Position numbers and translations under genes: made by a program. From positions 1-51,134 of IMG/VR virus record IMGVR_UViG_3300025429_000023: a stretch of DNA of 51,134 nucleotides; one strand, given 5' to 3'. This DNA comes from a virus (taxonomy: Duplodnaviria; Caudoviricetes). Under the pieces are notes generated by a model. The model did not search any database, was not told where the DNA came from, and saw nothing but the letters and a program-made list of their open reading frames with translations. Below, piece after piece: positions 9,046 to 17,184 of this stretch (positions within the stretch are counted from its first letter, which is position 1; every line of letters starts with the position of its first letter).

Positions 9046-9120
9046 GGGACCATCCTATCACAATCCACAGGAAAGTAAAGCTCTTTCCAAGAAACAGTCT
9101 GTCAACCAGGAAGAAACAAT
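9046..9120 (-). promoter_or_regulatory. composite early promoter element, copy 3 (leaderless; overlaps 3' end of 9058..9300)
   Basis: TTTACT-N16-TAGGAT-GGTCCC-ATG; GAAACA boxes at 9091 and 9113. Confidence 0.75.
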
Positions 9121-9300
9121 GCGGTCAGGTACAAAAACAGGCAACCAGAAACAATTCTGTGGTTCTTTGCCTTTAATTGGTTTTTTTACCAACAATGCCT
9201 GTTCCAGGAATGGTGTCCAATAATACTCAGCTTCCTCATTAATACCAATATATTCAGTATTCTCCTCAGCCCACCATCCTATACAATACATTATGGCCAT
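9058..9300 (-). CDS. hypothetical protein, probable paralog of 7768..7962
   Basis: ORF track; last ~20 codons run through the promoter element. Confidence 0.6.
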   Translation of the reverse strand: MAIMYCIGWWAEENTEYIGINEEAEYYWTPFLEQALLVKKPIKGKEPQNCFWLPVFVPDRIVSSWLTDCFLERALLSCGL

Positions 9301-9405
9301 TTGTTCTTACCCTTTCTGGTATACTGTTTCTTTGACTTATATGCCACGCACTTATTGGTTTTGTGGGCAAATTTTGCTACTATATTTTTCATAATTCTCT
9401 CCTCA

Positions 9406-9600
9406 TTAAACTACAGGCAACCAATTATCATTGCGGAAACTATATTTAACCAATTCTTTACGGTATTGGTTGTCTAGTTCCAATACTTCCATAAAGTATT
9501 GGTTGTCGTTACCTAATTCTTTGATAATACCATATGCCTGTTTCCAAGAAACATCAGAAAAGGTATTGGTTGCGAGTGGGGTTTTGATAATAAACTTCAT
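9406..9600 (-). CDS. hypothetical protein
   Basis: AGGAG SD; first gene after copy 4. Confidence 0.65.
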   Translation of the reverse strand: MKFIIKTPLATNTFSDVSWKQAYGIIKELGNDNQYFMEVLELDNQYRKELVKYSFRNDNWLPVV

Positions 9601-9624
9601 AATATAATCTCCTAAGTGGTTGTC

Positions 9625-9796
9625 TCAAACTATGGGAGGATTGTATCAGAACCGTAGAGGATTGCAAGCCGCTGGCCGTGAAACAATGCTGAGCGATTTT
9701 GGAAACAATCGTGCCCTGGTGAGTCCATGACGGTCAACACCAGGGCACCAAGGCAGGATGAAGGAGGGAAGGATTATGTTCGGTAAGCTACTGATT
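9625..9796 (-). promoter_or_regulatory. composite early promoter element, copy 4 (long form)
   Basis: TTGCAA-N16-TACAAT; boxes at 9680 and 9702; GTGCCCTGGTG-N16-CACCAGGGCAC inverted repeat at 9711-9748; GGAAGGA-N10-TAAGCTACTGATT. Confidence 0.85.
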
Positions 9797-9953
9797 TATC
9801 ACGCCACCGGGACTCAAGGAGACGCTGGTGCCAGAACCGATACCGACTGGTTTTGTATTGCAACCAAAGCTTCCGGCGTCTGGTACTATAAAACCGGTTG
9901 AAATAATAGCTTTTTAGATACTTACTGAATAGTACCTTTTTAATTCTTCTCAT
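9774..9953 (-). CDS. very basic 59-aa peptide
   Basis: Hand translation MRRIKKVLFSKYLKSYYFNRFYSTRRRKLW...; AAGGA SD; below ORF-track cutoff. Confidence 0.4.
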   Translation of the reverse strand: MRRIKKVLFSKYLKSYYFNRFYSTRRRKLWLQYKTSRYRFWHQRLLESRWRDKSVAYRT

Positions 9954-10068
9954 TGTCCTTATATACTTTTCTCAGCTGTTTAAATGCGTGCTTCAGGAAC
10001 GGCCAATAAAACCAAACACACAAAAGAAACACAATAAAACCAAAAATATCAGATAAAATTATAAACAC
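9940..10068 (-). CDS. 42-aa single-pass membrane peptide
   Basis: GTG start after AGGAG; MFIILSDIFGFIVFLLCVWFYWPFLKHAFKQLRK. Confidence 0.5.
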   Translation of the reverse strand: MFIILSDIFGFIVFLLCVWFYWPFLKHAFKQLRKVYKDNEKN

Positions 10069-10081
10069 AATATATCTCCTA

Positions 10082-10339
10082 TTATTCAAAAATCATTCTG
10101 TTTACTCTACCGATAAGGTTATACATTTGATAAAACTTTTCTTCCGATAACCATTGAATTTCATTTGGACCAACAACGGAACCAAAAACCAATACTGTTT
10201 TACCTAAATGGGCTTTGGTTTTATATACATCAGTCAAATATACTACAACGGTTCTTGCGGTTTCTTTATTTTGTGCAAAATAATAACAATCTTCTGACAT
10301 ACTACGGATAGGTAGTGGTGCGTGGACAATAGTTTGCAT
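10082..10339 (-). CDS. hypothetical protein
   Basis: AGGAG SD; ORF track. Confidence 0.65.
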   Translation of the reverse strand: MQTIVHAPLPIRSMSEDCYYFAQNKETARTVVVYLTDVYKTKAHLGKTVLVFGSVVGPNEIQWLSEEKFYQMYNLIGRVNRMIFE

Positions 10340-10352
10340 AATAATCTCCTAA

Positions 10353-10769
10353 TTAAGTATAAACTCGAAATCCACCGAAATCCAAAATCTTTTCTTCTAC
10401 TTTATATCCATCTTCATCTTCATATGAATCATTTTCAATACCAGTATCAAAATCAGTTTTAAAAGTATGAAATACTGCCAAATCTTTCAAATGTTCTTCG
10501 GTATACTGGTTATCCCGAATATCAGACTTCAGGATACAACCAATTGATCCAGAATCTACGCAACACCGGCCACCGAATGAAGTATTATATACACCATCAC
10601 CATGCTGGGTGTTATAGATTGCAAACTGACGACCATCCTTTAGTGTAAACTCACCTTCATTACAACCCTGGTCAGGACGACCTTCAAATAATAGGTCACA
10701 TACTTCATCCCATTCATCGTGCATTACATAGCACAAATCCCCAATATAGTATTCACCTTCTTTCATCAT
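10353..10769 (-). CDS. conserved phage protein (YYIGDLCY / GDG / VDSGSIG)
   Basis: Motifs recognised from phage hypothetical proteins; AGGAG SD. Confidence 0.7.
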   Translation of the reverse strand: MMKEGEYYIGDLCYVMHDEWDEVCDLLFEGRPDQGCNEGEFTLKDGRQFAIYNTQHGDGVYNTSFGGRCCVDSGSIGCILKSDIRDNQYTEEHLKDLAVFHTFKTDFDTGIENDSYEDEDGYKVEEKILDFGGFRVYT

Positions 10770-10784
10770 AATATAAACTCCTAA

Positions 10785-11213
10785 TTAATTCAATTCTGGA
10801 AACTCGGCATTCTCATCAGCATATAGTGATGGAAATACCTTTTGTAATTCGTCGGTTAATACTGCAACCAATTCGGGGTCACGATAACCATAATTATCCG
10901 GTACATTCAATACATGAACTGGTTTTTCCCAGCCATATTCATGCAATAATTCTTTAACCAAATTGGCCTGGCTACTATCCATTACAACCACTTCATCAGC
11001 CCAACATACATTAACCGCATCGAGCATTACCATTGCATATTCTGGATTAGAACCGACAGCCCGAGTATTAAAATTAAACGGTGCATTGGATAATACCCAT
11101 GCGGCAGTCGGAGACCTTAATAGGCCAGCTGAACATACACACAATACCTTTTTAAAATCTCCCTGATAGGGATTCTTTGAATTTCCGAGACGGTTACGGG
11201 TTACTAAGCTCAT
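10785..11213 (-). CDS. low-molecular-weight protein tyrosine phosphatase-like protein
   Basis: N-terminal VLCVCSAGLLRSPTA = CX5RS P-loop; WAD and distal VPD. Confidence 0.85.
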   Translation of the reverse strand: MSLVTRNRLGNSKNPYQGDFKKVLCVCSAGLLRSPTAAWVLSNAPFNFNTRAVGSNPEYAMVMLDAVNVCWADEVVVMDSSQANLVKELLHEYGWEKPVHVLNVPDNYGYRDPELVAVLTDELQKVFPSLYADENAEFPELN

Positions 11214-11240
11214 TTTATTTCTCCTAAATTGTTTTCTCTT

Positions 11241-11323
11241 TGACTATGGATGGATTGTATCAGAATCCTGGAGGATTGCAAGCTGTCCTACGGAAACAGT
11301 CTGTTAACCACGGCGAAACAATC
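11241..11323 (-). promoter_or_regulatory. composite early promoter element, copy 5
   Basis: TTGCAA-N16-TACAAT; GAAACA boxes at 11293 and 11315. Confidence 0.8.
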
Positions 11324-11744
11324 ACGCAGCCTCATTTAAATTTTCTTGTTCAATAACATATTCAAGGTCATACCAATCTTTACCATATGGTAATACTGAC
11401 CATACATTATCTTTGGTGAACAGATAAGAGTATTCTTCCTGCTGATGATTCTTTTCATAATCATCAAAATCCTTGAAGTGACTGATTTCAGTAATCTCAC
11501 CACGATAAGAATAATAAGTGGTATAATCATAATCCCGATTATCAAAATCCAACGGTGTATCAGAGATATATCGGCCAAGTGATGAAATACCACCACCAGA
11601 AATCAGTTTCTCAACCAATTCGCGGGTATTATAATGCTTCTGGAGCAGGACGCCGTTATGTGAGATATAACCGTCAAAGTGTGCATATACCTGATATACA
11701 GTACCGTCAAGATTTTCGATTGCGATAGTGGATCGTGTTGCCAT
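11322..11744 (-). CDS. conserved phage protein (MATRS.I / Y.H.DGY family)
   Basis: MATRSTIAI...VYAHFDGY...GGGISSLG...EEYSYLF. Confidence 0.8.
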   Translation of the reverse strand: MATRSTIAIENLDGTVYQVYAHFDGYISHNGVLLQKHYNTRELVEKLISGGGISSLGRYISDTPLDFDNRDYDYTTYYSYRGEITEISHFKDFDDYEKNHQQEEYSYLFTKDNVWSVLPYGKDWYDLEYVIEQENLNEAA

Positions 11745-11769
11745 TTTTATTTCCTCTTGTGTTGTTTCG

Positions 11770-11860
11770 AAGTATGGGACCAGTTTATCAGAAATCCCAA
11801 AAAAGTCAAGCGTTTATTGTAAACGGTGGAGGAACAGACTGTTCAACGGAATGAAACGGT
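11770..11860 (-). promoter_or_regulatory. composite early promoter element, copy 6
   Basis: TTGACT-N16-TAAACT; AAC boxes at 11820, 11831 and 11853. Confidence 0.7.
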
Positions 11861-12028
11861 GTAACCAGTATACTGGAAGAGACTCGATTTCTCCCATGCT
11901 TTCATAGCAGAATCAGCGAATGATTCCGCAAGGTCGAAATTGCGAAACCCACGACCAACCGGGACCTTCTTGAATTCACCGTCAACCTGAGCAGTGAACT
12001 CAACATAAAATTTCTTTTCATTTTTCAT
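11843..12028 (-). CDS. hypothetical protein
   Basis: Start reassigned to MKNEKKF after GGAG. Confidence 0.65.
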   Translation of the reverse strand: MKNEKKFYVEFTAQVDGEFKKVPVGRGFRNFDLAESFADSAMKAWEKSSLFQYTGYTVSFR

Positions 12029-12050
12029 AATATAATCTCCAATCAATCTT

Positions 12051-12229
12051 TCAAACTATGGGAGAATTGTATCAGAACCAGGGCGGAAGTCAAGCCCCGG
12101 ATTAGCACTGATCCGTGCTATAATGCTGAGCAGATTAGTGAACAACCGTGGACGCACCGATCAAGGTCTACTCTCACGGTGCATGGCGGAATGAAGGAGG
12201 GAAGGATTTGAGTCCGTAAGTTCTTGATC
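12051..12229 (-). promoter_or_regulatory. composite early promoter element, copy 7 (long form)
   Basis: TTGACT-N16-TACAAT; boxes at 12117 and 12139; GCACCG-N17-CGGTGC; GGAAGGA-N10-TAAGTTCTTGATC. Confidence 0.8.
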
Positions 12230-12418
12230 CTAATAACCGTTGGCCAGTTCAGAAAGCGCCTTGGCCATGTCCTTTGCGTCCTCATGGGAGAGGGACAATA
12301 CTTGTTTTGAGTCTGATATAATGTTAATAACAGGAAACCCATCATCGTTATATTCTTTTGATACCACATATTCAATATCAGTATCACCAAGAATAAGAAT
12401 AGATTTAGAATAAATCAT
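12230..12418 (-). CDS. hypothetical protein
   Basis: GGAG SD; ORF track. Confidence 0.55.
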   Translation of the reverse strand: MIYSKSILILGDTDIEYVVSKEYNDDGFPVINIISDSKQVLSLSHEDAKDMAKALSELANGY

Positions 12419-12586
12419 TTTAATACTCCACGATTTCTTTTACAAATTGGACAAACCATTGAATAATCAAAATGTTTAGTGTGAGAAAGAATATATCCCA
12501 CCCATGAATACCATAATGTCTACTCATAATGAATCCAATGGCCCAGTAACCAACCAAATCAACAAAATGTGAACCCCATTTCTTCA

Positions 12587-12841
12587 TTATTCACTCCAAA
12601 AATGTTTCTTAATAGTTTCCACTATATTATCAAGTAACTCAACACCTTCCGGTCCACCCAAATAATGATGGGATTCTGCTCTATGTTCACCGTTTGGTTC
12701 TATTAATTTAATACATTCCCGAATAATCAATTCTGCAAAGGTATCAGGGTCACATTCTTGAGAATATGTCCAACGATTTCCATCCTTATCAATTTCAATA
12801 TAACCACCTGCCTGTGTGAATAGTTCATCAATTCTATCCAT
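12587..12841 (-). CDS. MNxxIxELA-family small phage protein
   Basis: RIDELF.QAG...FAELIIREC...IKKHF. Confidence 0.7.
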   Translation of the reverse strand: MDRIDELFTQAGGYIEIDKDGNRWTYSQECDPDTFAELIIRECIKLIEPNGEHRAESHHYLGGPEGVELLDNIVETIKKHFWSE

Positions 12842-13092
12842 TATTCAATTCCAAAATTAATACTATCGATTTCACCAATATATTGATAATTGGCATCATA
12901 TAAGAATTCCATTGAAGAACGACCTATTGTACCATTATTAAAAATATATAATACCTTTTCCTCGGGGGTTGTATGGGGTATAATATAAATTGCACATTGA
13001 CGATTGTGATTATATTCGGACTCACTAATCATATACCATTTACCGTCTTGGTATAATGCCTTATTCTCTGAATAATCAAAATTAACTTTCAT
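12841..13092 (-). CDS. hypothetical protein
   Basis: Start reassigned to MKVNFDY. Confidence 0.55.
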   Translation of the reverse strand: MKVNFDYSENKALYQDGKWYMISESEYNHNRQCAIYIIPHTTPEEKVLYIFNNGTIGRSSMEFLYDANYQYIGEIDSINFGIE

Positions 13093-13093
13093 A

Positions 13094-13843
13094 TTACGCC
13101 ACCTTTTTAAGTTCAAATTGCGGATACTTTACGAAACCACTAGTGTCCTTCTTTGCACGACCTTTTGCAATAAGTCCGCAGATAACACCTTTTGGATCAA
13201 GGAATCTCAGGTCATTTTTATCAGCATTAATAACAGGACGACCAAGATACTCTGTCGGCAATACCTTTTCACCAAATACTACAGCAACATTCATACCCAA
13301 TTCAATAGCTTTATTAACATCATCAGTATTGCTTTCCTTTGAAGAAAAAGTCAAGTGATAATTGGGGATATTAAGATTATTCTTATTGATGACGGCTGTA
13401 TAATCATAAAAGGTGACTTCCGGAAAGGCCTGAAATACATTACTGAATTGAATACCGAATCTGGTCACTGGGTATTTAATCCATTGTAGGTCAGAAGTAC
13501 CATTCAATCTGAATACAGGAATGAGATTCTTATTCAATGACTGTTTAATACCTAATTCAATATCTTTGACCAATTGGGCCATAAAGGTGGCCCGGTCTTC
13601 AAAAAACAATTTAGTTTTACGAATACGGGCTTTTTGGATATTATTGGTGGTTTCACCCTTTTTAATGAGACCCCCCCTTCCAGCTGTATTCAAGCAAGCC
13701 GCCGTGCAACCAGCAGTCCGTTTCGGGCAGGTCTCATAACCTGAAAGGTCAGCGGGTGCAAGGTGCAGAATGTAATTAGCGTATGATGAATCCAGGCCTT
13801 TGGCGACCTTGGGGTTTGCGGTAGGTGCGGTAAGTAGCTTCAT
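13094..13843 (-). CDS. Gp88-like protein (Cys-cluster, radical-SAM-like fold suspected)
   Basis: CPKRTAGCTAACLNTAGRG, FRLNGTSDL.W, FYDYT, YHLTFS, DLRFLD, KG.AKKDTSGFV; start at MKLLTAP after GGAG. Confidence 0.8.
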   Translation of the reverse strand: MKLLTAPTANPKVAKGLDSSYANYILHLAPADLSGYETCPKRTAGCTAACLNTAGRGGLIKKGETTNNIQKARIRKTKLFFEDRATFMAQLVKDIELGIKQSLNKNLIPVFRLNGTSDLQWIKYPVTRFGIQFSNVFQAFPEVTFYDYTAVINKNNLNIPNYHLTFSSKESNTDDVNKAIELGMNVAVVFGEKVLPTEYLGRPVINADKNDLRFLDPKGVICGLIAKGRAKKDTSGFVKYPQFELKKVA

Positions 13844-13865
13844 AATATAATCTCCAATCAATGTT

Positions 13866-13961
13866 TCAAACTATGGAGGAATTGTATCACAAGTGGACAG
13901 GAAGTCAACCAGCGGAACAGGCTCATTCCGTAAACAGTCTGCTAACCAGGAGGAAACAATC
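13866..13961 (-). promoter_or_regulatory. composite early promoter element, copy 8
   Basis: TTGACT-N16-TACAAT; boxes at 13931 and 13953. Confidence 0.8.
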
Positions 13962-14223
13962 ACAGCATGAGGTATTCACCTTCAAATACCGGTTCATATA
14001 CTCTTAATACTACGGAGCCTGGTTTTAATATCTCTTTAATTTTAAACCATGCCTGTTCATAATCATCAGCCTTAACGGTAGTCCTATCAAAACAGGCCCA
14101 GGGATCATTATATTCAACGATAAATGGTTTCATATTATTCCTCAATGACCTCCAATATAAACCTAATGCGACCAGAACAGCACCAACGATCAGAGATATA
14201 GTGCAGTATATGATTAATATCAT
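13960..14223 (-). CDS. hypothetical protein (true start may be MKPFIV at about 14133)
   Basis: ORF track; GAGG SD before the internal ATG. Confidence 0.45.
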   Translation of the reverse strand: MILIIYCTISLIVGAVLVALGLYWRSLRNNMKPFIVEYNDPWACFDRTTVKADDYEQAWFKIKEILKPGSVVLRVYEPVFEGEYLML

Positions 14224-14407
14224 TCATTTTAAAATGTTCTTGATAAAATGCAGGTGAATCATCACCATTTTCAATACAATCATCCAGACATATACCCAAT
14301 GCTTCAATTACATTATCCTTCTTGAATAGGTTAATATCTTCATCAATTAACCATTTATCAAAGGTATCACAAATCAAATCACTTGCATCATTATAATCCA
14401 TTACCAT
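14135..14407 (-). CDS. acidic hypothetical protein
   Basis: ORF track. Confidence 0.45.
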   Translation of the reverse strand: MVMDYNDASDLICDTFDKWLIDEDINLFKKDNVIEALGICLDDCIENGDDSPAFYQEHFKMNDINHILHYISDRWCCSGRIRFILEVIEE

Positions 14408-14897
14408 TTACCCTGTGATTGATTATATTCATCCCTTGAACCAACATCATAACCAATAGAATAGTATTCTTCCAATAATGACATTAGTTCATCATAAGCT
14501 TCCTGTTTTTCTTCGATATTATAATCTCGGATAAACTGGTTAACGATATTAACAGCCATTCTAGTATTAAAACTCATTCTACAATCTCCACATTTTCACA
14601 GCGGGTGATATGGTATTGGGAATCCCAACCACCCAATTCACGGTGTTTATCAATAGCAGTCGGCCGATCATTGGTTATAAAGTCAATAACGACCATACCT
14701 TCATTATAATGGTATACAGCATACATATTCATCAATTACTATCCCATTCTTCGTTAAGAATACAACAATCTTCATCAGCAGTATCGAAATCGGTATATTC
14801 ACCGACATAGGTTAATGCCAGATTGTCATAAATCTTATAAAGGGGGTTTTCATCAAAAACACCATAATCAATTTGATAACGTGTCATAATATACTCC

Positions 14898-15080
14898 TTA
14901 AGCAACCCGAAGGGATTCAACATAAAAATTGTAACCTTTATGGACTAGGTCCATGTTCCTTTGTACGGTTTTCCACCAAAAGGCCTCAGCCTCTTCCTTG
15001 GTGTCGAAGTGGTCGCTGACCACCCCCATCCGCATATCCAGACGGTCGAATTTAGAAACAACAAAAACAAATTTTTCCAT
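14898..15080 (-). CDS. hypothetical protein
   Basis: AGGAG SD; first gene after copy 9. Confidence 0.65.
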   Translation of the reverse strand: MEKFVFVVSKFDRLDMRMGVVSDHFDTKEEAEAFWWKTVQRNMDLVHKGYNFYVESLRVA

Positions 15081-15112
15081 GATAGACTCCTAAAAAAGTG
15101 GATTAATTTCTT

Positions 15113-15296
15113 ACTATGGGAAGATTGTATCAGAACCACGGAGGAAGTCAACCAGCGGAACAGGCTCATTTGAGAAACAATGCTGAGCAATTTAGTGAAC
15201 AATGAGGATCGTGCCCTGGTGCGTTCCGCACGGTGAACACCAGGGCATCAAGAAAGGATGCAAGGAGGAAGGATTCTAGTCGGTAAGTGACTGATC
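15113..15296 (-). promoter_or_regulatory. composite early promoter element, copy 9 (long form)
   Basis: TTGACT-N16-TACAAT; boxes at 15174 and 15196; GTGCCCTGGTG-N16-CACCAGGGCA; GGAAGGA-N10-TAAGTGACTGATC. Confidence 0.85.
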
Positions 15297-15503
15297 CATA
15301 AGAATGGCCACACGGTTCAGAACCAGTTCCGCCTTGGCCATCTTAATTCTTAGCGTTCCGTCAATCTCGGTACCATGTTCATCAAGAATGGATGCAAAGG
15401 TATCACGCATATTATATACCCTATTGACCAATTCTCGGGTAATAGGTTTATTGGATACTGGTGAGAAATAATCCTCTAATAGGTCTAATTCATTCATGAC
15501 CAA
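15276..15503 (-). CDS. hypothetical protein
   Basis: ORF track; 3' end overlaps the IHF-like site. Confidence 0.55.
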   Translation of the reverse strand: MVMNELDLLEDYFSPVSNKPITRELVNRVYNMRDTFASILDEHGTEIDGTLRIKMAKAELVLNRVAILMDQSLTD

Positions 15504-15745
15504 TACTTGCCAGTGGTATCATATACAAAATCCCTCATTAGTGATTCCCAATCACCACCAGTATCTTTGGTTTCTACTATATGTTTAATAACCATTGGAT
15601 TGACAATACAGTATCCACAATCTTCGACATGATCGACAATATATGCCCAATCAATATCGTGCATATCCACTTCAGCGTCTACTCTAATATATGGCATATT
15701 AAACCCCCATGTGGAAATGTAATGCCCAATCGATATGGTATGCAA
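15494..15745 (-). CDS. hypothetical protein (likely start MPYIRV)
   Basis: ORF track. Confidence 0.5.
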   Translation of the reverse strand: MHTISIGHYISTWGFNMPYIRVDAEVDMHDIDWAYIVDHVEDCGYCIVNPMVIKHIVETKDTGGDWESLMRDFVYDTTGKYWS

Positions 15746-15938
15746 ACATTACTTGAAAATTATCATCAAAATACATTAGTCCCTCATTTCATCAACATAT
15801 ATTTCCACAATTTCTTCACCATTCTCGGGTTCTAGGTTATCCCAAATAGCGGCAGGTATCCATTCTAATAGTGCCTTACGGGAACTGGTGGTCTTTATAT
15901 CAATAGTAACCCTATAGGTAGTCAAATTATCTTTCATA

Positions 15939-16148
15939 TTATTCACCAACACTATTCAAGAGCAAATCCCTGACCCACTCCCTGTCTACACTATCACCAC
16001 AATAGTCTTCCATATTGCTTCGAATCAGACAAGCTGAATATACCAATTCCCTCGACCAATTATACGGATAGATACCATCATCAGGGTTATAGAAATCCCA
16101 ACAATATCCAACAAATACGTCCAAATTCTTATAGTCGATCTTATTCAT
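15939..16148 (-). CDS. hypothetical protein
   Basis: FY.P.DGIYP...GDSVDRE.VRD pattern. Confidence 0.6.
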   Translation of the reverse strand: MNKIDYKNLDVFVGYCWDFYNPDDGIYPYNWSRELVYSACLIRSNMEDYCGDSVDREWVRDLLLNSVGE

Positions 16149-16258
16149 CCCAATCCTTTAAACCAATTTCTTCAGCAGTATCATAGATATCATCACAAGG
16201 AATAGAATCCCAATACCATTCATCATATTCATATACATCATAATCTTCACACATAGTA

Positions 16259-16675
16259 TTAACCCTCAACAATATACGGTTTGTCCCAGTTACCAACATT
16301 CACACTAACATAGTGTTTAATATGGAAGTAATCGGATTGAATATCTGACTTATCAAACCAGTTTTCACCTTTCATTGCAGATACTAGTTCATTCAGAAAG
16401 TCACGGACAATTCCGGAATAATTCTCATTGATCCAATACTCATTAACCTGCATATATTCCGGTTTAGCCATAATATCACCATAACTGTTTACGGTACCCT
16501 TTTTGGTTACAGTATCAAACCAGTTCTGAATAATATCGAGCTTACCACTCTTGATATTAACAACCAGAGTAGAATGATGACGGATCGCTACGGTACCCTT
16601 CATTTTATACTTTTTGAGTACCGCTTTAATAGACGGTGCCAATTCTCTTTTTTCATTTTGATTAATGTATGCCAT
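16259..16675 (-). CDS. conserved phage hypothetical protein
   Basis: MAYINQ..K..LAP.IKAVLKKY...WFDKSDIQSDYF...VG.WDKPY; AGGAG SD. Confidence 0.8.
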   Translation of the reverse strand: MAYINQNEKRELAPSIKAVLKKYKMKGTVAIRHHSTLVVNIKSGKLDIIQNWFDTVTKKGTVNSYGDIMAKPEYMQVNEYWINENYSGIVRDFLNELVSAMKGENWFDKSDIQSDYFHIKHYVSVNVGNWDKPYIVEG

Positions 16676-16696
16676 TTGATTTTCTCCTAACTTGTT

Positions 16697-16782
16697 TCAA
16701 ACTATGGAAAGATTGTATCAGAACCGGCCCGGAAGTCAAGCTGTCAATCGTGAAACAGTCTGCTAACCAGGAAGAAACAATC
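16697..16782 (-). promoter_or_regulatory. composite early promoter element, copy 10
   Basis: TTGACT-N16-TACAAT; boxes at 16752, 16763 and 16774. Confidence 0.85.
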
Positions 16783-16785
16783 ACA

Positions 16786-16971
16786 TTATTCTCCAATAAC
16801 ATCTTCAATAGAAACGGAATACCGTGACCGATACTTATCAATATCAGCCTTCTGACCAAAACAGGTCTTAATAGACTGTTCGATATACTTCTCAGCAACA
16901 GCCGCAGAAGTAAATAGGCCAATCAATTCACCATCATCCCAATACCCATATTCAACCACATAAACTTTCAT
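16786..16971 (-). CDS. small phage protein, paralog of 1632..1817
   Basis: MKVYVV...LIGLFTSAAVAEKYI; single gene between two promoter elements. Confidence 0.7.
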   Translation of the reverse strand: MKVYVVEYGYWDDGELIGLFTSAAVAEKYIEQSIKTCFGQKADIDKYRSRYSVSIEDVIGE

Positions 16972-16995
16972 AATTTAATCTCCTAATCAATTTCT

Positions 16996-17184
16996 TCAAA
17001 CTATGGACGGATTGTATCAGAAGGACGGAGGAAGTCAAGCCCCGGATCAAGCTCATCCATGAAACAATGGTTGGCGATCCAGTAAACAATCAGAGAGGTG
17101 CCCTGGTTGTGTCCGTGACACCATACACCAACACCATTCAAGAGGATGCAAGGAGGAAGGAATTGGTGAGGTAAGCTATTGAAC
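16996..17184 (-). promoter_or_regulatory. composite early promoter element, copy 11 (long form, degenerate hairpin)
   Basis: TTGACT-N16-TACAAT; boxes at 17061 and 17083; GTGCCCTGGT at 17098; GGAAGGA-N10-TAAGCTATTGAAC. Confidence 0.8.

Noticed and set aside
9711-9748. Hairpins as integron attC sites
   Set aside because: No RYYYAAC...GTTRRRY ends with the expected bulged bases, present in only some copies, and no integrase in the window
9776-9901. Plus-strand 41-aa ORF after the AAGGAGG tract of copy 4
   Set aside because: The ATG is not conserved in the other copies and there is no plus-strand promoter
2071-12841. Diversity-generating retroelement behind the paralogous small genes
   Set aside because: No reverse transcriptase and no near-identical repeat pair differing at adenines
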